Assembly: GCA_003561965.1 (NCBI GenBank) | Contig: PWXJ01000123.1 | Coordinates: forward strand, 1 to 44,996 | Origin: PVC group bacterium | GTDB lineage: Bacteria > Auribacterota > Erginobacteria > Erginobacterales > Erginobacteraceae | DNA: 44,996 bases | Reading direction: 5' to 3' | In this document: one piece after another, positions 1-9,722 of the stretch | How the letters are laid out: every line of letters starts with the position of its first letter | Position numbering within the stretch: position 1 is the stretch's first letter | Notes under the pieces: model-generated | The model's database searches: none | Told to the model about the DNA's origin: nothing | What the model saw: only the letters and a program-made list of their open reading frames with translations | Program-made: the position numbers and the translations under genes

Positions 1-1
1 G

Positions 2-832
2 GCGATGGCCGAGGCGGCCCGGAAGCGGGGGGCCGAGATCCGGCTGTCTTCGGCGGTGAAGGAGATCATCGTCGACGGGCGCCGGGCCGCCGGGGTGCTG
101 TTGGATTCCGGGGAACGGTTCGAAGCCGACGAGGTGGTGATCAACGCCGACTTCGGCTGGGCGATGGAAAATCTCTTCCCGGAAGGTTTTCTCCGGAAAT
201 ACACCCCGGCCGGACTGGCCCGGCGGAAGTTCTCCTGCTCGACCTATATGCTCTACCTGGGCCTGGACAGGCTCTACGACCTCCCCCACCACACCATCTT
301 CTTCGCCGACGACTACCGGAAGAACGTCGAGGAGGTCTTCAACGCCAAGAAACTCTCTTCCGATATCTCCTTCTACGTCCGGAACGCCTCGGTCAACGAC
401 CCCACCCTGGCCCCGGAGGGCGGCTCGGCCGTCTACGTCCTGGTCCCGGCCCCCAACCTCCGGGGAGATATCGACTGGGAACGGGAGAAGGCCGGTTTCC
501 GGGAGCTGGTGCTGGACCGTATGGAAAAGCGGGCCGGAATGACCGGGCTCCGCTCCCACATAGTAACCGAGCGGGAGATCACCCCCCGGGAATGGCTCGA
601 CAGTTACAACGTTTACGCCGGTGCGACCTTCAACCTGGCCCACAACTTCGGGCAGATGATCTACCTCCGCCCCCACAACCGTTTTGAGGAATGCCAGAAC
701 TGCTGTCTGGTCGGGGGCGGGACCCATCCCGGCTCCGGACTGCCCACCATCTTCGAGTCGGGAAGGATCTCCGCCAACCTGATCGCGGATAAGTACGGTG
801 TCGAACACCCCCCGGTCCGGAAACGGATTTAA
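2..832 (+). CDS. Phytoene desaturase-family FAD-dependent oxidoreductase (CrtI/CrtD-like), C-terminal part; the 5' end lies outside the window
   Basis: The frame is open from the window edge. The C-terminal GGGTHPGSGLPTIFESGRISANLI motif and the overall sequence resemble CrtI-type amine-oxidase-fold desaturases. Confidence 0.8.
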   Translation, partial: AMAEAARKRGAEIRLSSAVKEIIVDGRRAAGVLLDSGERFEADEVVINADFGWAMENLFPEGFLRKYTPAGLARRKFSCSTYMLYLGLDRLYDLPHHTIFFADDYRKNVEEVFNAKKLSSDISFYVRNASVNDPTLAPEGGSAVYVLVPAPNLRGDIDWEREKAGFRELVLDRMEKRAGMTGLRSHIVTEREITPREWLDSYNVYAGATFNLAHNFGQMIYLRPHNRFEECQNCCLVGGGTHPGSGLPTIFESGRISANLIADKYGVEHPPVRKRI

Positions 833-878
833 CCGGGGCCCGGCGATAACCCGAACGGATTTCAAGGAGACAACTCCG

Positions 879-1196
879 ATGACCGACCAACCGGAAAAAC
901 TGAAACTTCCCGACCTGGTCGACTACCAGCCGGGGGCGGTGGTCAGCAAGACCATCCTGGAAAAACCGACCGGGACGGTGACCCTCTTCGCCTTTGACCG
1001 GGGCCAGGCCCTGAGCGAACACACCGCCCCCTTCGATGCCCTGGTCCAGCTGATCGACGGCGAAGCCGAGATCACCATCTCGGGCCAAACCCTCCGGCTC
1101 GAGGCCGGCGAGTTCGTCGTGATGCCGGCCGACGAGCCCCACGCCCTGAAAGCCGTCGAACGATTCAAGATGCTGCTGACGATGATCCGGTCCTGA
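879..1196 (+). CDS. Cupin-domain protein (small, about 105 aa)
   Basis: Start reassigned to ATG 879, which is preceded by AAGGAGA. The sequence shows a two-motif cupin-like pattern (GQALSEHTAP ... FVVMPADEPHAL). The upstream 27 codons of the ORF track overlap the previous gene. Confidence 0.7.
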   Translation: MTDQPEKLKLPDLVDYQPGAVVSKTILEKPTGTVTLFAFDRGQALSEHTAPFDALVQLIDGEAEITISGQTLRLEAGEFVVMPADEPHALKAVERFKMLLTMIRS

Positions 1197-1255
1197 CCCG
1201 GATAACCTCGAACAGCGACGGTTCAATCCGTAAGTTCAACGGTTTCTTCATCGCT

Positions 1256-2299
1256 ATGAAAGTATTGATCTACGGCAACAGTTACTTCCGGTTCAACGAG
1301 AGCGTCGCCGCCGGTTTCCGCGACCTCGACTGGGAGGCCGTGATTCTGGATTACCGGGATAGCCGATTCTCCAAGACATTATCCCTCAACCCCTATCGGA
1401 AAAGGAAATACCGGGCCCGGTTCGAGGAGATCGACCGGGCCCTGGTCGCAACCGTCGAAGCCGAGAAGCCCGACCTCTTCTTCACCCTGTCGGGTAACGT
1501 TCTTCTCCCCAACCGGCTGGAGTGGCTGCGACAACGCGGAATCAAGCTCATCCTTTACCTGCTCGACAGCATCCTCACCCTCCCCATCACCCGGAGAGGG
1601 CTGGAATATTACGACCTGGTCTATACCTACGAACCGATCGATATCCCCCTGATCGCTGAAACCAACCCCCGGGCTTCCTACCTCCCGCCCGGCTATAACC
1701 CGGAGTTCTACCGTCCGCTGAAATCGGAGGAGAAGATATACGACATCGTCTTCGTCGGCACGCCCTACGGGGAGCGCCTGGAGATCCTGGATGACCTGCT
1801 GCGGAAGGCGGCCGAATTGGAGCTGAGGATCGGGCTGGTCGGGAAGTACTGGCACCGGGGCCCCCGGCAACAGTTTTTCCGGCTCCGCTATCCCGGGATC
1901 TACCGGCATATCCTGAAAAACGGGATTATGCCCCCCCGCGAAGTCAATCTCCTCTACAACCGGAGCCGGATCGTCCTCAACCACCACTTCATCAACGACG
2001 GCACCGGGGTCAACCCCCGGCTCTTCGACATCGCCGGTTCCGGTTCCTTCCAGCTGGTTGACGAGCGGGAACACCTGGAACGGATGTTTATCCCGGGACA
2101 AGAGGTCGAGACCTATTCCTCGATCGATGAACTGGTCGAGAAAGTCCTCCATTACACCGGCCAACCCCGCCGGACCGCCGAGATCGGCCGGGCGGCCGGA
2201 GAGCGGGCCCTCCGGGAACATACCTATAACCACCGGGTCCGGCGGATCCTCGCCGACCTGGAAAGTCCGGACCGGCGCCGTGACCCGGTTGGCGCGTAA
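1256..2299 (+). CDS. CgeB-like glycosyltransferase (DUF3880 / Glyco_trans_1_2-type)
   Basis: 347-aa ORF. IYDIVFVGTPYGERLEILDDL and GVNPRLFDIAGSGSFQLVDE...ETYSSIDELVEKV resemble CgeB-family spore-maturation/glycosyltransferase proteins. Confidence 0.65.
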   Translation: MKVLIYGNSYFRFNESVAAGFRDLDWEAVILDYRDSRFSKTLSLNPYRKRKYRARFEEIDRALVATVEAEKPDLFFTLSGNVLLPNRLEWLRQRGIKLILYLLDSILTLPITRRGLEYYDLVYTYEPIDIPLIAETNPRASYLPPGYNPEFYRPLKSEEKIYDIVFVGTPYGERLEILDDLLRKAAELELRIGLVGKYWHRGPRQQFFRLRYPGIYRHILKNGIMPPREVNLLYNRSRIVLNHHFINDGTGVNPRLFDIAGSGSFQLVDEREHLERMFIPGQEVETYSSIDELVEKVLHYTGQPRRTAEIGRAAGERALREHTYNHRVRRILADLESPDRRRDPVGA

Positions 2300-2906
2300 C
2301 CCCGACCGGCCGGACGGACGGCCGGTCAGTCCGGACGGCGTTTATCTCTGCCTGCCTCTCGGCCCGACCGAGAAGAACATAGCGATCAGCCTCTCTCCGG
2401 CCCCGGGGAGCGGGGTCCCGGTCCGGGAGTACTTTTCCTCTTACCGGATCAGGGGGTTCGGCAAGGGGCTGGAATCCCTCCTCCGGGGGATCCGGGCCAC
2501 CGCCGAACCGAAGTTCGGGCTGAAACTCCCGGAAGACTTCGAGGAGAGATTCGGCCGGCTGCTGGCGGCCCAATGCCGCTGCCGGCTCCGGGACCGGGAG
2601 ACCGGACAGACTTATTCCGAACACAAACTTTCCGGGGTCTTTGATGTCCTCCGCCGGGACCCTCCGTCCCGGGGCCGGGCCCGTCAGATCGCCCGCTACG
2701 CCCGGAAGAAGTCCGAACGCTGGGATCCGCCGGTCTTCATCTCCGCCGGGGTCCTCGGGGTCCTGGGGGCGGACGCCCAACCGGGGACCTGCCTGATCCT
2801 GGACGGGGCCCGCCGGATCGCCGCCTTCGCCCTCCGGGGCCGGTCGGAGATCTCCGCCGGGCTGGTGATGACGCCCGGAGAATACGATGAACTCGGCGCC
2901 CCCTGA
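2280..2906 (+). CDS. Hypothetical protein (function unknown; start uncertain)
   Basis: A coding-looking frame continues past the CgeB-like stop. There is no internal ATG, so GTG 2280 or TTG 2289 is assumed as the start. The 3' end overlaps the next gene by 20 nt. ILDGARRIAAFALRG is only faintly ParB/Srx-like. Confidence 0.4.
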   Translation: MTRLARNPDRPDGRPVSPDGVYLCLPLGPTEKNIAISLSPAPGSGVPVREYFSSYRIRGFGKGLESLLRGIRATAEPKFGLKLPEDFEERFGRLLAAQCRCRLRDRETGQTYSEHKLSGVFDVLRRDPPSRGRARQIARYARKKSERWDPPVFISAGVLGVLGADAQPGTCLILDGARRIAAFALRGRSEISAGLVMTPGEYDELGAP

Positions 2907-3747
2907 GAGGACACCGTCACCTCCCCCGGTCGACCTCCTGCTGGTCACCCGGGACCGGCGGGACTACCTGGAAAGATCCCTGGCCGGTCTCCTGGCCGGA
3001 ACCGATCCCTTCCGGCTCCGGATCTGGGACAACGGGTCCCGGGACGGTTCGGCCGATTTCATCGCCGGGCTGGAGGACCATCGGGTGGCGGAGAAGCATT
3101 TCTCCCCGGACAACCGCGGCCAGCGGGAACCGTTCCTCTGGTTTCTCGACCGGGCCCGGAGCGACCTGGCGGGGAAGATCGACGACGACATCCTGACCCC
3201 GCCCGGCTGGATCGGGCGGATCGCGCCGCTGCTCCGGAGGGAGGAGCGTTTCGGTCTGCTCGGCTGCTGGACCTTCCTCCCCGGGGACTGGGACGAAGAC
3301 CTGGGCCGTCACAAGATCATCGAGCTTGGAGGGGCCCGGGTCTTCCGGAACCTCTGGATTGGGGGCGCCGCCTGGCTGGCCCGGAAGGAACACCTCCGGA
3401 AGTATCTCTCCCCCCCCGGAGATTACGGGGTCCCCCTCGATCAGTACCGGATGACCGCCGACGGCCTGGTCAACGGCTACCCCCTCCCCCCGCTCTTCGC
3501 CCGCCACCTCGACGACCCCCGCGACCCCGACTACCGGGAGGGGGCGGTGGCCGCCGCCTCGGCCACCGGAAGCCGGAAGCGTTTCCGGTCCCCCCGGGCT
3601 TACGGGGAGTGGATCGCCGCCGACGCCCGGAAGATTCTGACCGAACCGCTCGACGAACAGCTCGCCCGCTACCGTCTCCGGCGGGACCGGTCGCTGAAAG
3701 GAAGCTTCCTCCGACTGTTCCGCCGCCTCGCCGGGCGGCCGGTCTGA
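2887..3747 (+). CDS. Family 2 glycosyltransferase
   Basis: The N-terminal VDLLLVTRDRRDYLERSL...RIWDNGSRDGSADFI matches the GT2 (GT-A fold) nucleotide-sugar binding region, followed by a DDD-containing segment (GKIDDDIL). Confidence 0.7.
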   Translation: MNSAPPERTPSPPPVDLLLVTRDRRDYLERSLAGLLAGTDPFRLRIWDNGSRDGSADFIAGLEDHRVAEKHFSPDNRGQREPFLWFLDRARSDLAGKIDDDILTPPGWIGRIAPLLRREERFGLLGCWTFLPGDWDEDLGRHKIIELGGARVFRNLWIGGAAWLARKEHLRKYLSPPGDYGVPLDQYRMTADGLVNGYPLPPLFARHLDDPRDPDYREGAVAAASATGSRKRFRSPRAYGEWIAADARKILTEPLDEQLARYRLRRDRSLKGSFLRLFRRLAGRPV

Positions 3748-3755
3748 ACCGGCGA

Positions 3756-5153
3756 TTATTCCGCCTGGAACCCCTGATTCCCGATCCGGGTCATCCGATA
3801 GATGGCGGAGCGGACGCGGGCGGCGGGGTCGGTCTCCGGGTTGTAGAACTCCCAGACCGTATCTCCCTCCGGGGTGACCTCGAAGACGTAACCGCTGTTG
3901 CTCTCGGTGATCAGGGTGTTGCCGTTGGCCAGCCGCTGGGAGCCGCCCCGGGTGGCGGTGAAGAAGTCCTCCCGGGGTTGGGCGGTGTACTCCCAGACGA
4001 TCTCCCCGGTGGAGGGGGCGACCTCGATCCCCCGGGACCAGCCCCGGAAGAAGCCGTTGTCGAAGATCAGGATCTTCCCTTCGGGGGTGACGGTGGGCTG
4101 GTGGGGCTTGTCCAGCTCCCCCGGCCCCCAGCTCCAGACCACCCCCTCCCCCGCCCGGTCGATCGTCCCCACCAGGTCGAGCATCAGGGAGCAGAAGATG
4201 AAGTCGCCCTCCCGGCCCGCGCCGGGCAGGTCGCGGTCGAGCAGGCCCAGGGTGTTGACGTGGAAGACGTCGTAAGCTAGCTGGTCGGCCAGGAGGTGCC
4301 CGGATCTCCTCCGGGCCCGGATGAAATCCCTCACCCTCTTCGGCTTGAGCAGGTCGCGGTAGATCAGGGCCGCCCGCTCGCCGGTCACCCGGTCGGAGAG
4401 GATCGGGTAGAGGGAGATCTGCTCTTTCAGCTCCCCCTCCGGGGAGAGGCGGACGATCAGGTCGTTGACCACCGGCAGCGGGAGCCCCCGCCAGGAGACC
4501 ACTTCCTCCCGGTAGACCAGCAGGAAGATATCCCCCTCCGGGGAGACGGCCAGGTCGTGGTGGGCCCGGCATTCCTTGACCCAGAGCAGGTTGGAGTCCC
4601 GGTCGAGCCGGAGCAGGCCCCGGTCCCGGACGATGACGTAGAGACCGCCGTCATCGGCCGGAACCACGTGGTGCCAGCCCTCGCCGGGAAAGTAATCCGA
4701 CGACCAGGAGTGGACCACCTCCCCCTTCCGGTCGACCAGGAAGGCGGTGGAGAGGTTGCGGGGGGCGTAGAGGTTCAAGCCCTCGGCGACCCTATCCGGG
4801 TCGCGGACCACCGCCCCCCGCCGCTCGATCTCCCCCCGGCCCGGGACCCAGCTCAGGTAGGGCAGCGAGGTCAGGTCGGAGATCGAGGGCCTGCTGTCGG
4901 CCGGGTCCCCGGGGGAGATCACCATCCCCCGGGCGGCCGCCAGGAGAACGGCGACGGCGGCCAGGATCACCAGGGCCCATCTCCCCCGACGGTTGAGACG
5001 GAGAAAGACGGCGACGGCCGCCAGGGCCAGGGCGGCCAGCAGGGTCCAGGAGGCCAGGGCGGCGAAGACCAGGAAGTTGAAGAGCCCCCCGGTCCGGGCC
5101 AGGATGAAACCGGCCAGGCTGAAGAGCAGCAGGGCGATGAAGGTCTTTTTCAC
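3756..5153 (-). CDS. Membrane-anchored arylsulfotransferase (ASST)-like beta-propeller protein
   Basis: Start reassigned to GTG (5151-5153; VKKTFIALLLF..., hydrophobic N-terminal helices). It overlaps the upstream gene's stop as GTGA. The 713-aa track extension (5154-5897) is Pro/Arg/Gly-rich and overlaps the real gene 5150-6286. FDNGFF...NGNTLITESNSGYVFEVTPEGDTVWEF resembles ASST-family propellers. Clear paralog of 6397-7644. Confidence 0.6.
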   Translation of the reverse strand: MKKTFIALLLFSLAGFILARTGGLFNFLVFAALASWTLLAALALAAVAVFLRLNRRGRWALVILAAVAVLLAAARGMVISPGDPADSRPSISDLTSLPYLSWVPGRGEIERRGAVVRDPDRVAEGLNLYAPRNLSTAFLVDRKGEVVHSWSSDYFPGEGWHHVVPADDGGLYVIVRDRGLLRLDRDSNLLWVKECRAHHDLAVSPEGDIFLLVYREEVVSWRGLPLPVVNDLIVRLSPEGELKEQISLYPILSDRVTGERAALIYRDLLKPKRVRDFIRARRRSGHLLADQLAYDVFHVNTLGLLDRDLPGAGREGDFIFCSLMLDLVGTIDRAGEGVVWSWGPGELDKPHQPTVTPEGKILIFDNGFFRGWSRGIEVAPSTGEIVWEYTAQPREDFFTATRGGSQRLANGNTLITESNSGYVFEVTPEGDTVWEFYNPETDPAARVRSAIYRMTRIGNQGFQAE

Positions 5154-6286
5154 GGTCGGGTTCCTCCGGTAATTGCTTCCAAAAAACGGACCGCCGTCGC
5201 CCGGGGCCCGTAGTGTTTCAGCGCCCAGTCCCGCCCGGCCGCCGAGATCCCCTCCAGCCACCCGGGGTCGTCGGCCAGGCGCCGGACGGTCCGGTCGAGG
5301 TTCTCCGGGGAGAGGCCGAGGTAGTGGACCCCGTTGACCGGAAGCACCGGGGGGGCGAGCCCGTAACTTTCGAAGTCGAGATGGACGGCGGCCGCCCCGG
5401 CGGCCAGCGTCTCCCAGAACCGCCAGCTCTCCCACTGGGAGACCCTTCGGGATTCGGGGTCGGGCCGCCGGCCCAGCCGGGCCGCCAGCCGTTCGCCCCG
5501 GGGGCGGCGGAGCAACCGGGGGAGGGAGGGGAGGAAGAAACCGCTGAATGCGGCCGAGGCCGCCGACTCCTTCAGCCGCCGGAAGTAGGCCGGGTGGTGG
5601 CGGCGCCCGGTCTGCTCCCAGAAGAGGCGGGCTTCGGGGTCGGCCGGGGCCTCCTCCCACCCTTCCGCCGTCCGGTCGAGAGGGAGGACCGGGGCCAGCC
5701 GGGGGTAGAAGACCTTCTCGGCCATCGTCCGGACCGGGTGGGGGAGTCGGAAGTTGGCCAGCAGGACCCGCCGCCGGGCGGAGAAGGGTCCGGCGGGCGC
5801 GGCGGCGGCGATAATCCGTCGGGAGAGCCCGAAGGCCCAGGGACGGAAATTTTTCGGGTAGTAACAGTTCCGGTTCCAGTGGCCGCGGAGGATGCAATCG
5901 AAGCGGGAAAAGTCCCGCCGCCAGGACGGGGTGACGTGTCCGTCGGAGAGATCGAGACAGACCGCCAGGTGTCTCCGCCCGGGGCGGACCAGCCGGGGAG
6001 GGAACTTACCCCCGGAGGAGAACCAGCAACGGTCGATGACCGCCACCCGGCAGTCTTCCTGACCGACCCGGGGGTCTTTCCGGAAGAGGTAGTCATTCTC
6101 CCCCCGCCCGGTCCGCCAGTAGTCCCGGTTGGAAAAATAGGGGATCCCCAGCTCGCCCAGCCCCTCGGCCAGGCAGACCGCCGCGTGCTGGTAGACCGCC
6201 CGGTCGGGCGGGCCGGGGGGAGCGAGGTGGAAATACACCGGGCCGGTAAAACCTCCGGGAATTTTTCTTCCGCCGGTCTCGGACAT
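5150..6286 (-). CDS. Glycosyltransferase-like protein (GT1-type C-terminal domain), function unknown
   Basis: 378-aa ORF with non-degenerate composition. The C-terminal ETLAAGAAAVHLDFE...VHYLGLSPENLDRTVRRLADDPGWLEGISAAGRDWALKHYGP resembles the Glyco_trans_1_2-type C-terminus. It is translationally coupled (GTGA) to the ASST-like gene downstream. Confidence 0.45.
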   Translation of the reverse strand: MSETGGRKIPGGFTGPVYFHLAPPGPPDRAVYQHAAVCLAEGLGELGIPYFSNRDYWRTGRGENDYLFRKDPRVGQEDCRVAVIDRCWFSSGGKFPPRLVRPGRRHLAVCLDLSDGHVTPSWRRDFSRFDCILRGHWNRNCYYPKNFRPWAFGLSRRIIAAAAPAGPFSARRRVLLANFRLPHPVRTMAEKVFYPRLAPVLPLDRTAEGWEEAPADPEARLFWEQTGRRHHPAYFRRLKESAASAAFSGFFLPSLPRLLRRPRGERLAARLGRRPDPESRRVSQWESWRFWETLAAGAAAVHLDFESYGLAPPVLPVNGVHYLGLSPENLDRTVRRLADDPGWLEGISAAGRDWALKHYGPRATAVRFLEAITGGTRP

Positions 6287-6396
6287 CGTTCTTCTCTGCC
6301 CTGCATAAACCAGATATTGAAACTACCGTCGATGTAGGGTAGGTTAACCCCGGAAAATCGAACCTGGTCTTAACCTCCGCGAGGATACCACAGGCG

Positions 6397-7644
6397 ATGA
6401 AAAAGGTTAAATTATTCCCGCTCGGGGCGGTCCTGGTCCTGGCGGCCGGGGTGTTTCTCCTCTACCGGGGCCTGACCCGCCGCCCCGTCGAACCGGAAAG
6501 ACGGCCGCAACCGGCCACCACCGACTTCGAGGCGATCCGGTCCCTGCCCTACCTCTCGACCGGGGTCCGGCCGGCCGGGGCGGAAGAGGGGGGCGTCACC
6601 CTCCACCGCCGGGGGGAAGCTTCCCCGGGATACAGTCTCTACACCTCCGGCCACTTCGACGGGGCCAAGCTGATCGATCTCGAGGGCAATCTCCTCCACC
6701 GCTGGGAATACCCCCGGGAAGAGCTCTTCCACCGGTTCCCGGACATCTCCCGGGGGGGGAGGCTGACCGGCCTCCGGTTCGCCCACGCCCTCCCCGACCT
6801 CGAACTGCTGGCGATCTACGATTACATCGCCCTGGTCCGGCTCGACCGGGAATCCCGGCCGGTCTGGACCTATACCGGCCAGGCCCACCACGACCTCTGG
6901 ATCACCCCGGAAGGGGAGATTTATCTCCTGACCGCCCGGGAGGAACTCCTTCCCCGCCACCACCGCCGGACCCCGATCCTGGTCGACTACGTAACCGTGC
7001 TCGGGCCGGACGGCCGGGAGCGGAAGTCCTACTCCATCCTGGAGATGCTGGAAGGTTCGCCCTACGCCTTCCTCCTCCCGGCAGTCAACCTGATCTCCGA
7101 CGACCGCCCGCTGGACATCCTCCACGCCAACTCGATCGAGGTCTTCGACGGTTCCCTGGCCGGCCGGGACCCGGAGATCTACCGGGAGGGGAATATCCTC
7201 CTCTCCCTGCGGAACTTGAGTTTCGTCTTCATCTACGATCCCCGAGCGGAGGAGATCGTCTGGGGCTGGGGGCCGACCAACCTCTCCTACCAGCACAAGG
7301 CCCGCCTGGTGGCCGGCGGCCGGATAATGATCTTCGACAACGGCCTGGAAGCTTCCCGGGTCCTCGAGGTCGACCCTTTGACCGGGAAAATCGGCTGGGA
7401 GTACCGGGGTGAGCCGAACCGGCCCTTCTTCACCCGCCTGCTCGGCTCCAACCAGCGCCTGCCCAACGGCAACACCCTGGTGGTGGAGTCGGAGACCGGG
7501 ACCGTCTTCGAGGTCGACCCCGGCGGGGAGACCGTCTGGCGGTTCGTCAACCCGGGTCACACCGGGGGGACGATCGCGGTCATCCCCGAGATCTTCCGCT
7601 ACCCCGAGGATTACTTCACCGTCCCCCTCCCGAAAATGGACTGA
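6397..7644 (+). CDS. Membrane-anchored arylsulfotransferase (ASST)-like beta-propeller protein (paralog of 3756-5153)
   Basis: N-terminal TM helix (LFPLGAVLVLAAGVFLLY). It shares the SLPYLS motif, HHDL, FDNG and NGNTLVVESETGTVFEVDPGGETVWRF blocks with the other copy. Confidence 0.6.
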   Translation: MKKVKLFPLGAVLVLAAGVFLLYRGLTRRPVEPERRPQPATTDFEAIRSLPYLSTGVRPAGAEEGGVTLHRRGEASPGYSLYTSGHFDGAKLIDLEGNLLHRWEYPREELFHRFPDISRGGRLTGLRFAHALPDLELLAIYDYIALVRLDRESRPVWTYTGQAHHDLWITPEGEIYLLTAREELLPRHHRRTPILVDYVTVLGPDGRERKSYSILEMLEGSPYAFLLPAVNLISDDRPLDILHANSIEVFDGSLAGRDPEIYREGNILLSLRNLSFVFIYDPRAEEIVWGWGPTNLSYQHKARLVAGGRIMIFDNGLEASRVLEVDPLTGKIGWEYRGEPNRPFFTRLLGSNQRLPNGNTLVVESETGTVFEVDPGGETVWRFVNPGHTGGTIAVIPEIFRYPEDYFTVPLPKMD

Positions 7645-7652
7645 TCCCCCCC

Positions 7653-8579
7653 TCAAAGGCTGTCCGGCCTTTCGAACTCTTTCAGCAGCCGGGGAAGGTT
7701 GGTCCGCCGCCCGCCGGTCCCCGCCGGGGTGTCCGCCCAGAGACGGCGGGAGATAAGCCGGGGATTTCCCGTCTCCGGCCCCCCGAAGACCAGGGTGAGA
7801 AAAACATATCGCTCCAGGAGCCGGGCGAGAAGATCCGCCGGGGCCCGGAAACCGGCGAAGGGAAAGGCGAAGGGAGCCCGGGCCTGCCCGGAGAGTTTCA
7901 GGACCGCCCGGGTCGAACCGACGATCTCCTCCTCCAGTTCCGCCTCCCCCAGTCCGTCGAGCGGGGTGTGGAGACGGCTGTGGCCGCCGATGGTGAAGCC
8001 GTCGGCGGCCAGCCTCCTCACCTCCTCCTCTTCCAGGTAGGGGCGCCGCCGACTCAAGTATTCATCCGGATCGACTCCCAGTTCCCGGCAGGCCCGGGCG
8101 AGAATTTCCCCGTCGCCGGGACCCAGTCCCCGGAGGGCCGCCGCCGCGGCCGGCCGTCCGGGCAGGGGCGAATCGAGCAAGGCTTCCAACCGTCGCAGCG
8201 GACCGCCCAGCCGGCGGCGGGGGAGCCGGTTCAATCGGGAGAGGGCCAGGGCGGCGGCGTTCCGGTAAGCCAGCCGGCGGTTGCCGACCAGGGCCGAGGG
8301 GACGAAGAAGACCGCCGGAACCCGGTGTTCGAGCAGCAGCGGACGAACCTCGGTGAAGCACTCCCGGTAACCGTCGTCGAAGGTGAGCAGGACCGAGTCC
8401 GGCGGGAGAGGACGGCCGGCTTCCAGGTATTCCACAACTTCATCGTGGGAAAGGATCCGGCGGCGGTTTTTCAGGAACCGGAGGTCGGCGGCGAAGGCCC
8501 GGGGGGACTTGCAGCGATAGAGCGGCCGGAGATGGGGGGGTTCCCGGGGAGAGATCAGGTGGTAGAAGAGAACGATCAT
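7653..8579 (-). CDS. Polysaccharide deacetylase (NodB/CE4-like) family protein
   Basis: LLTFDDGYRECFTEVRPLLLEHRVPAVFFV is the classical NodB-homology motif 1 region. A later GGHSRLH fits the His motif. Confidence 0.75.
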   Translation of the reverse strand: MIVLFYHLISPREPPHLRPLYRCKSPRAFAADLRFLKNRRRILSHDEVVEYLEAGRPLPPDSVLLTFDDGYRECFTEVRPLLLEHRVPAVFFVPSALVGNRRLAYRNAAALALSRLNRLPRRRLGGPLRRLEALLDSPLPGRPAAAAALRGLGPGDGEILARACRELGVDPDEYLSRRRPYLEEEEVRRLAADGFTIGGHSRLHTPLDGLGEAELEEEIVGSTRAVLKLSGQARAPFAFPFAGFRAPADLLARLLERYVFLTLVFGGPETGNPRLISRRLWADTPAGTGGRRTNLPRLLKEFERPDSL

Positions 8580-8591
8580 TTCCAGGACGGT

Positions 8592-8618
8592 AGTCAGTGA
8601 TCAGTTATCAGTTAACAG
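8592..8618. repeat. Short heptamer tandem repeat (CAGTGAT CAGTTAT CAGTTAA CAG...)
   Basis: Read directly in the 53-bp gap between two minus-strand genes. It has the same CAGTNAT unit family as the repeats at 16606-16654 and 26776-26792. Confidence 0.7.
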
Positions 8619-8632
8619 CGGCAACACCTCTT

Positions 8633-9676
8633 TCAGGTGAAGGCGGTGTCGCCGTCGCAGTATTGCAGCCGGATCTCCCCGGCGGCTTTCGCCAGGGGGC
8701 TGTCCGGGTTCCGGAGGTCACCGAGGTAGGGCCGCCGGCGGGTCCGGGCGAAGCGAAAAAGAAGGGAACGCCGGGCCCGGGAGGAGATCAGTTCCCCGGG
8801 GATATTGACAATATCGGCCCGGTATTTCCCGGCCCGGCGGAGGGCGAAGGGAAGAATCGATTGCACGTCGCCCGGTGACGAGATCCGGTAATCGAGGATC
8901 TTCATCGTCCTCTCCCGGGAGGTGGCGGAGAGGGAGAGAACCAGGTAACCGCGGTAGTCATTGTCGCCGCCGAAGATCTCGAAGGCGGTCATCCGGAACA
9001 GGCGACGCCGGTGGGTGAAGAGGTATCCCCACCCGGCCTCCCCCCGGTCCGCGGACTCGGACACCCAGGGATATTCCAGCATCCAGTTGACCACCTTCGG
9101 GCCCCGGTAAAATTCCGCCGGGGGCGAAGCCGGGGTCACGAAGGGGACGGCTTCCTCCCGAACCCGAACGGTCGGGCGGAAGGTTAATCCCGGCGGCGGG
9201 GCGGGGGTGAATAACCGACAGGCAGAACCCCTCCAGGACCCGGGTATTTTCTTCAGGTTGAGCCGCCAGTACCGGTAACTCCCCAGTTCCGAGGCCCCCA
9301 GACGGAGGATCAGCTTCCCGGCCGCCGGGGCGACATCGGTATAGACGGTTTCCGAAAGTCGGCGCCCGAAATGCCGGCCCATCAGGAACCCGGCCGCGGT
9401 CCGTCGGAAGTCGGGGTGGAGGTACCAGGTCGATCCCCAGTAAACCTTGCTCAGGTTCCCGCCCCGGCGGAGCCGGCCGGGGAGCACCCCCTGGTAGCCG
9501 ATCAGCCGGCTTCCGGAGTAAACCACGAAGAGGCCGATATCTCCCGGGTCGGCGCAGGGGTTGCGGACCTGGGCCCGGGCCTGCCGGGGGGTGATCGGAA
9601 TGACATCGTCCTCGCTTCTCTCCCGGAAGAACCGGGAGGCGAAATCCTCCAGGTTTCCGACCCGGATCTCCTCCAC
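8633..9676 (-). CDS. Hypothetical protein, possibly a GNAT/FemAB-like acyltransferase
   Basis: 347-aa ORF with normal composition in a glycan gene neighbourhood. The N-terminal region (GLFVVYSGSRLIGYQGVLPG) is reminiscent of the GNAT fold. The assignment is weak. Confidence 0.4.
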   Translation of the reverse strand: MEEIRVGNLEDFASRFFRERSEDDVIPITPRQARAQVRNPCADPGDIGLFVVYSGSRLIGYQGVLPGRLRRGGNLSKVYWGSTWYLHPDFRRTAAGFLMGRHFGRRLSETVYTDVAPAAGKLILRLGASELGSYRYWRLNLKKIPGSWRGSACRLFTPAPPPGLTFRPTVRVREEAVPFVTPASPPAEFYRGPKVVNWMLEYPWVSESADRGEAGWGYLFTHRRRLFRMTAFEIFGGDNDYRGYLVLSLSATSRERTMKILDYRISSPGDVQSILPFALRRAGKYRADIVNIPGELISSRARRSLLFRFARTRRRPYLGDLRNPDSPLAKAAGEIRLQYCDGDTAFT

Positions 9677-9722
9677 CCGGATCCGATCTCGGATATTTCC
9701 GCTGATGGCGCCCCTCCCCCGG

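Noticed and set aside
2917-4572. A 551-aa minus-strand ORF, plus similar very long ORFs in the track (e.g. 38577-40790 minus, 21735-23429 plus, 24000-25997 plus, 36509-38107 plus, 43098-44465 minus).
   Set aside because: All run antisense to genes with strong family signatures (GT2/ASST, repeat protein, glmS, mnmG, korA, znuA). Their translations are Arg/Pro/Gly-rich low-complexity strings, which is typical of stop-poor off-frames in GC-rich DNA.
5154-5897. N-terminal extension of the 713-aa ORF 3756-5897.
   Set aside because: The extension is Pro/Arg/Gly-rich and overlaps the well-formed gene 5150-6286 in another frame. A GTG start at 5151-5153, followed by a hydrophobic N-terminus and a GTGA stop/start overlap, is a better model.
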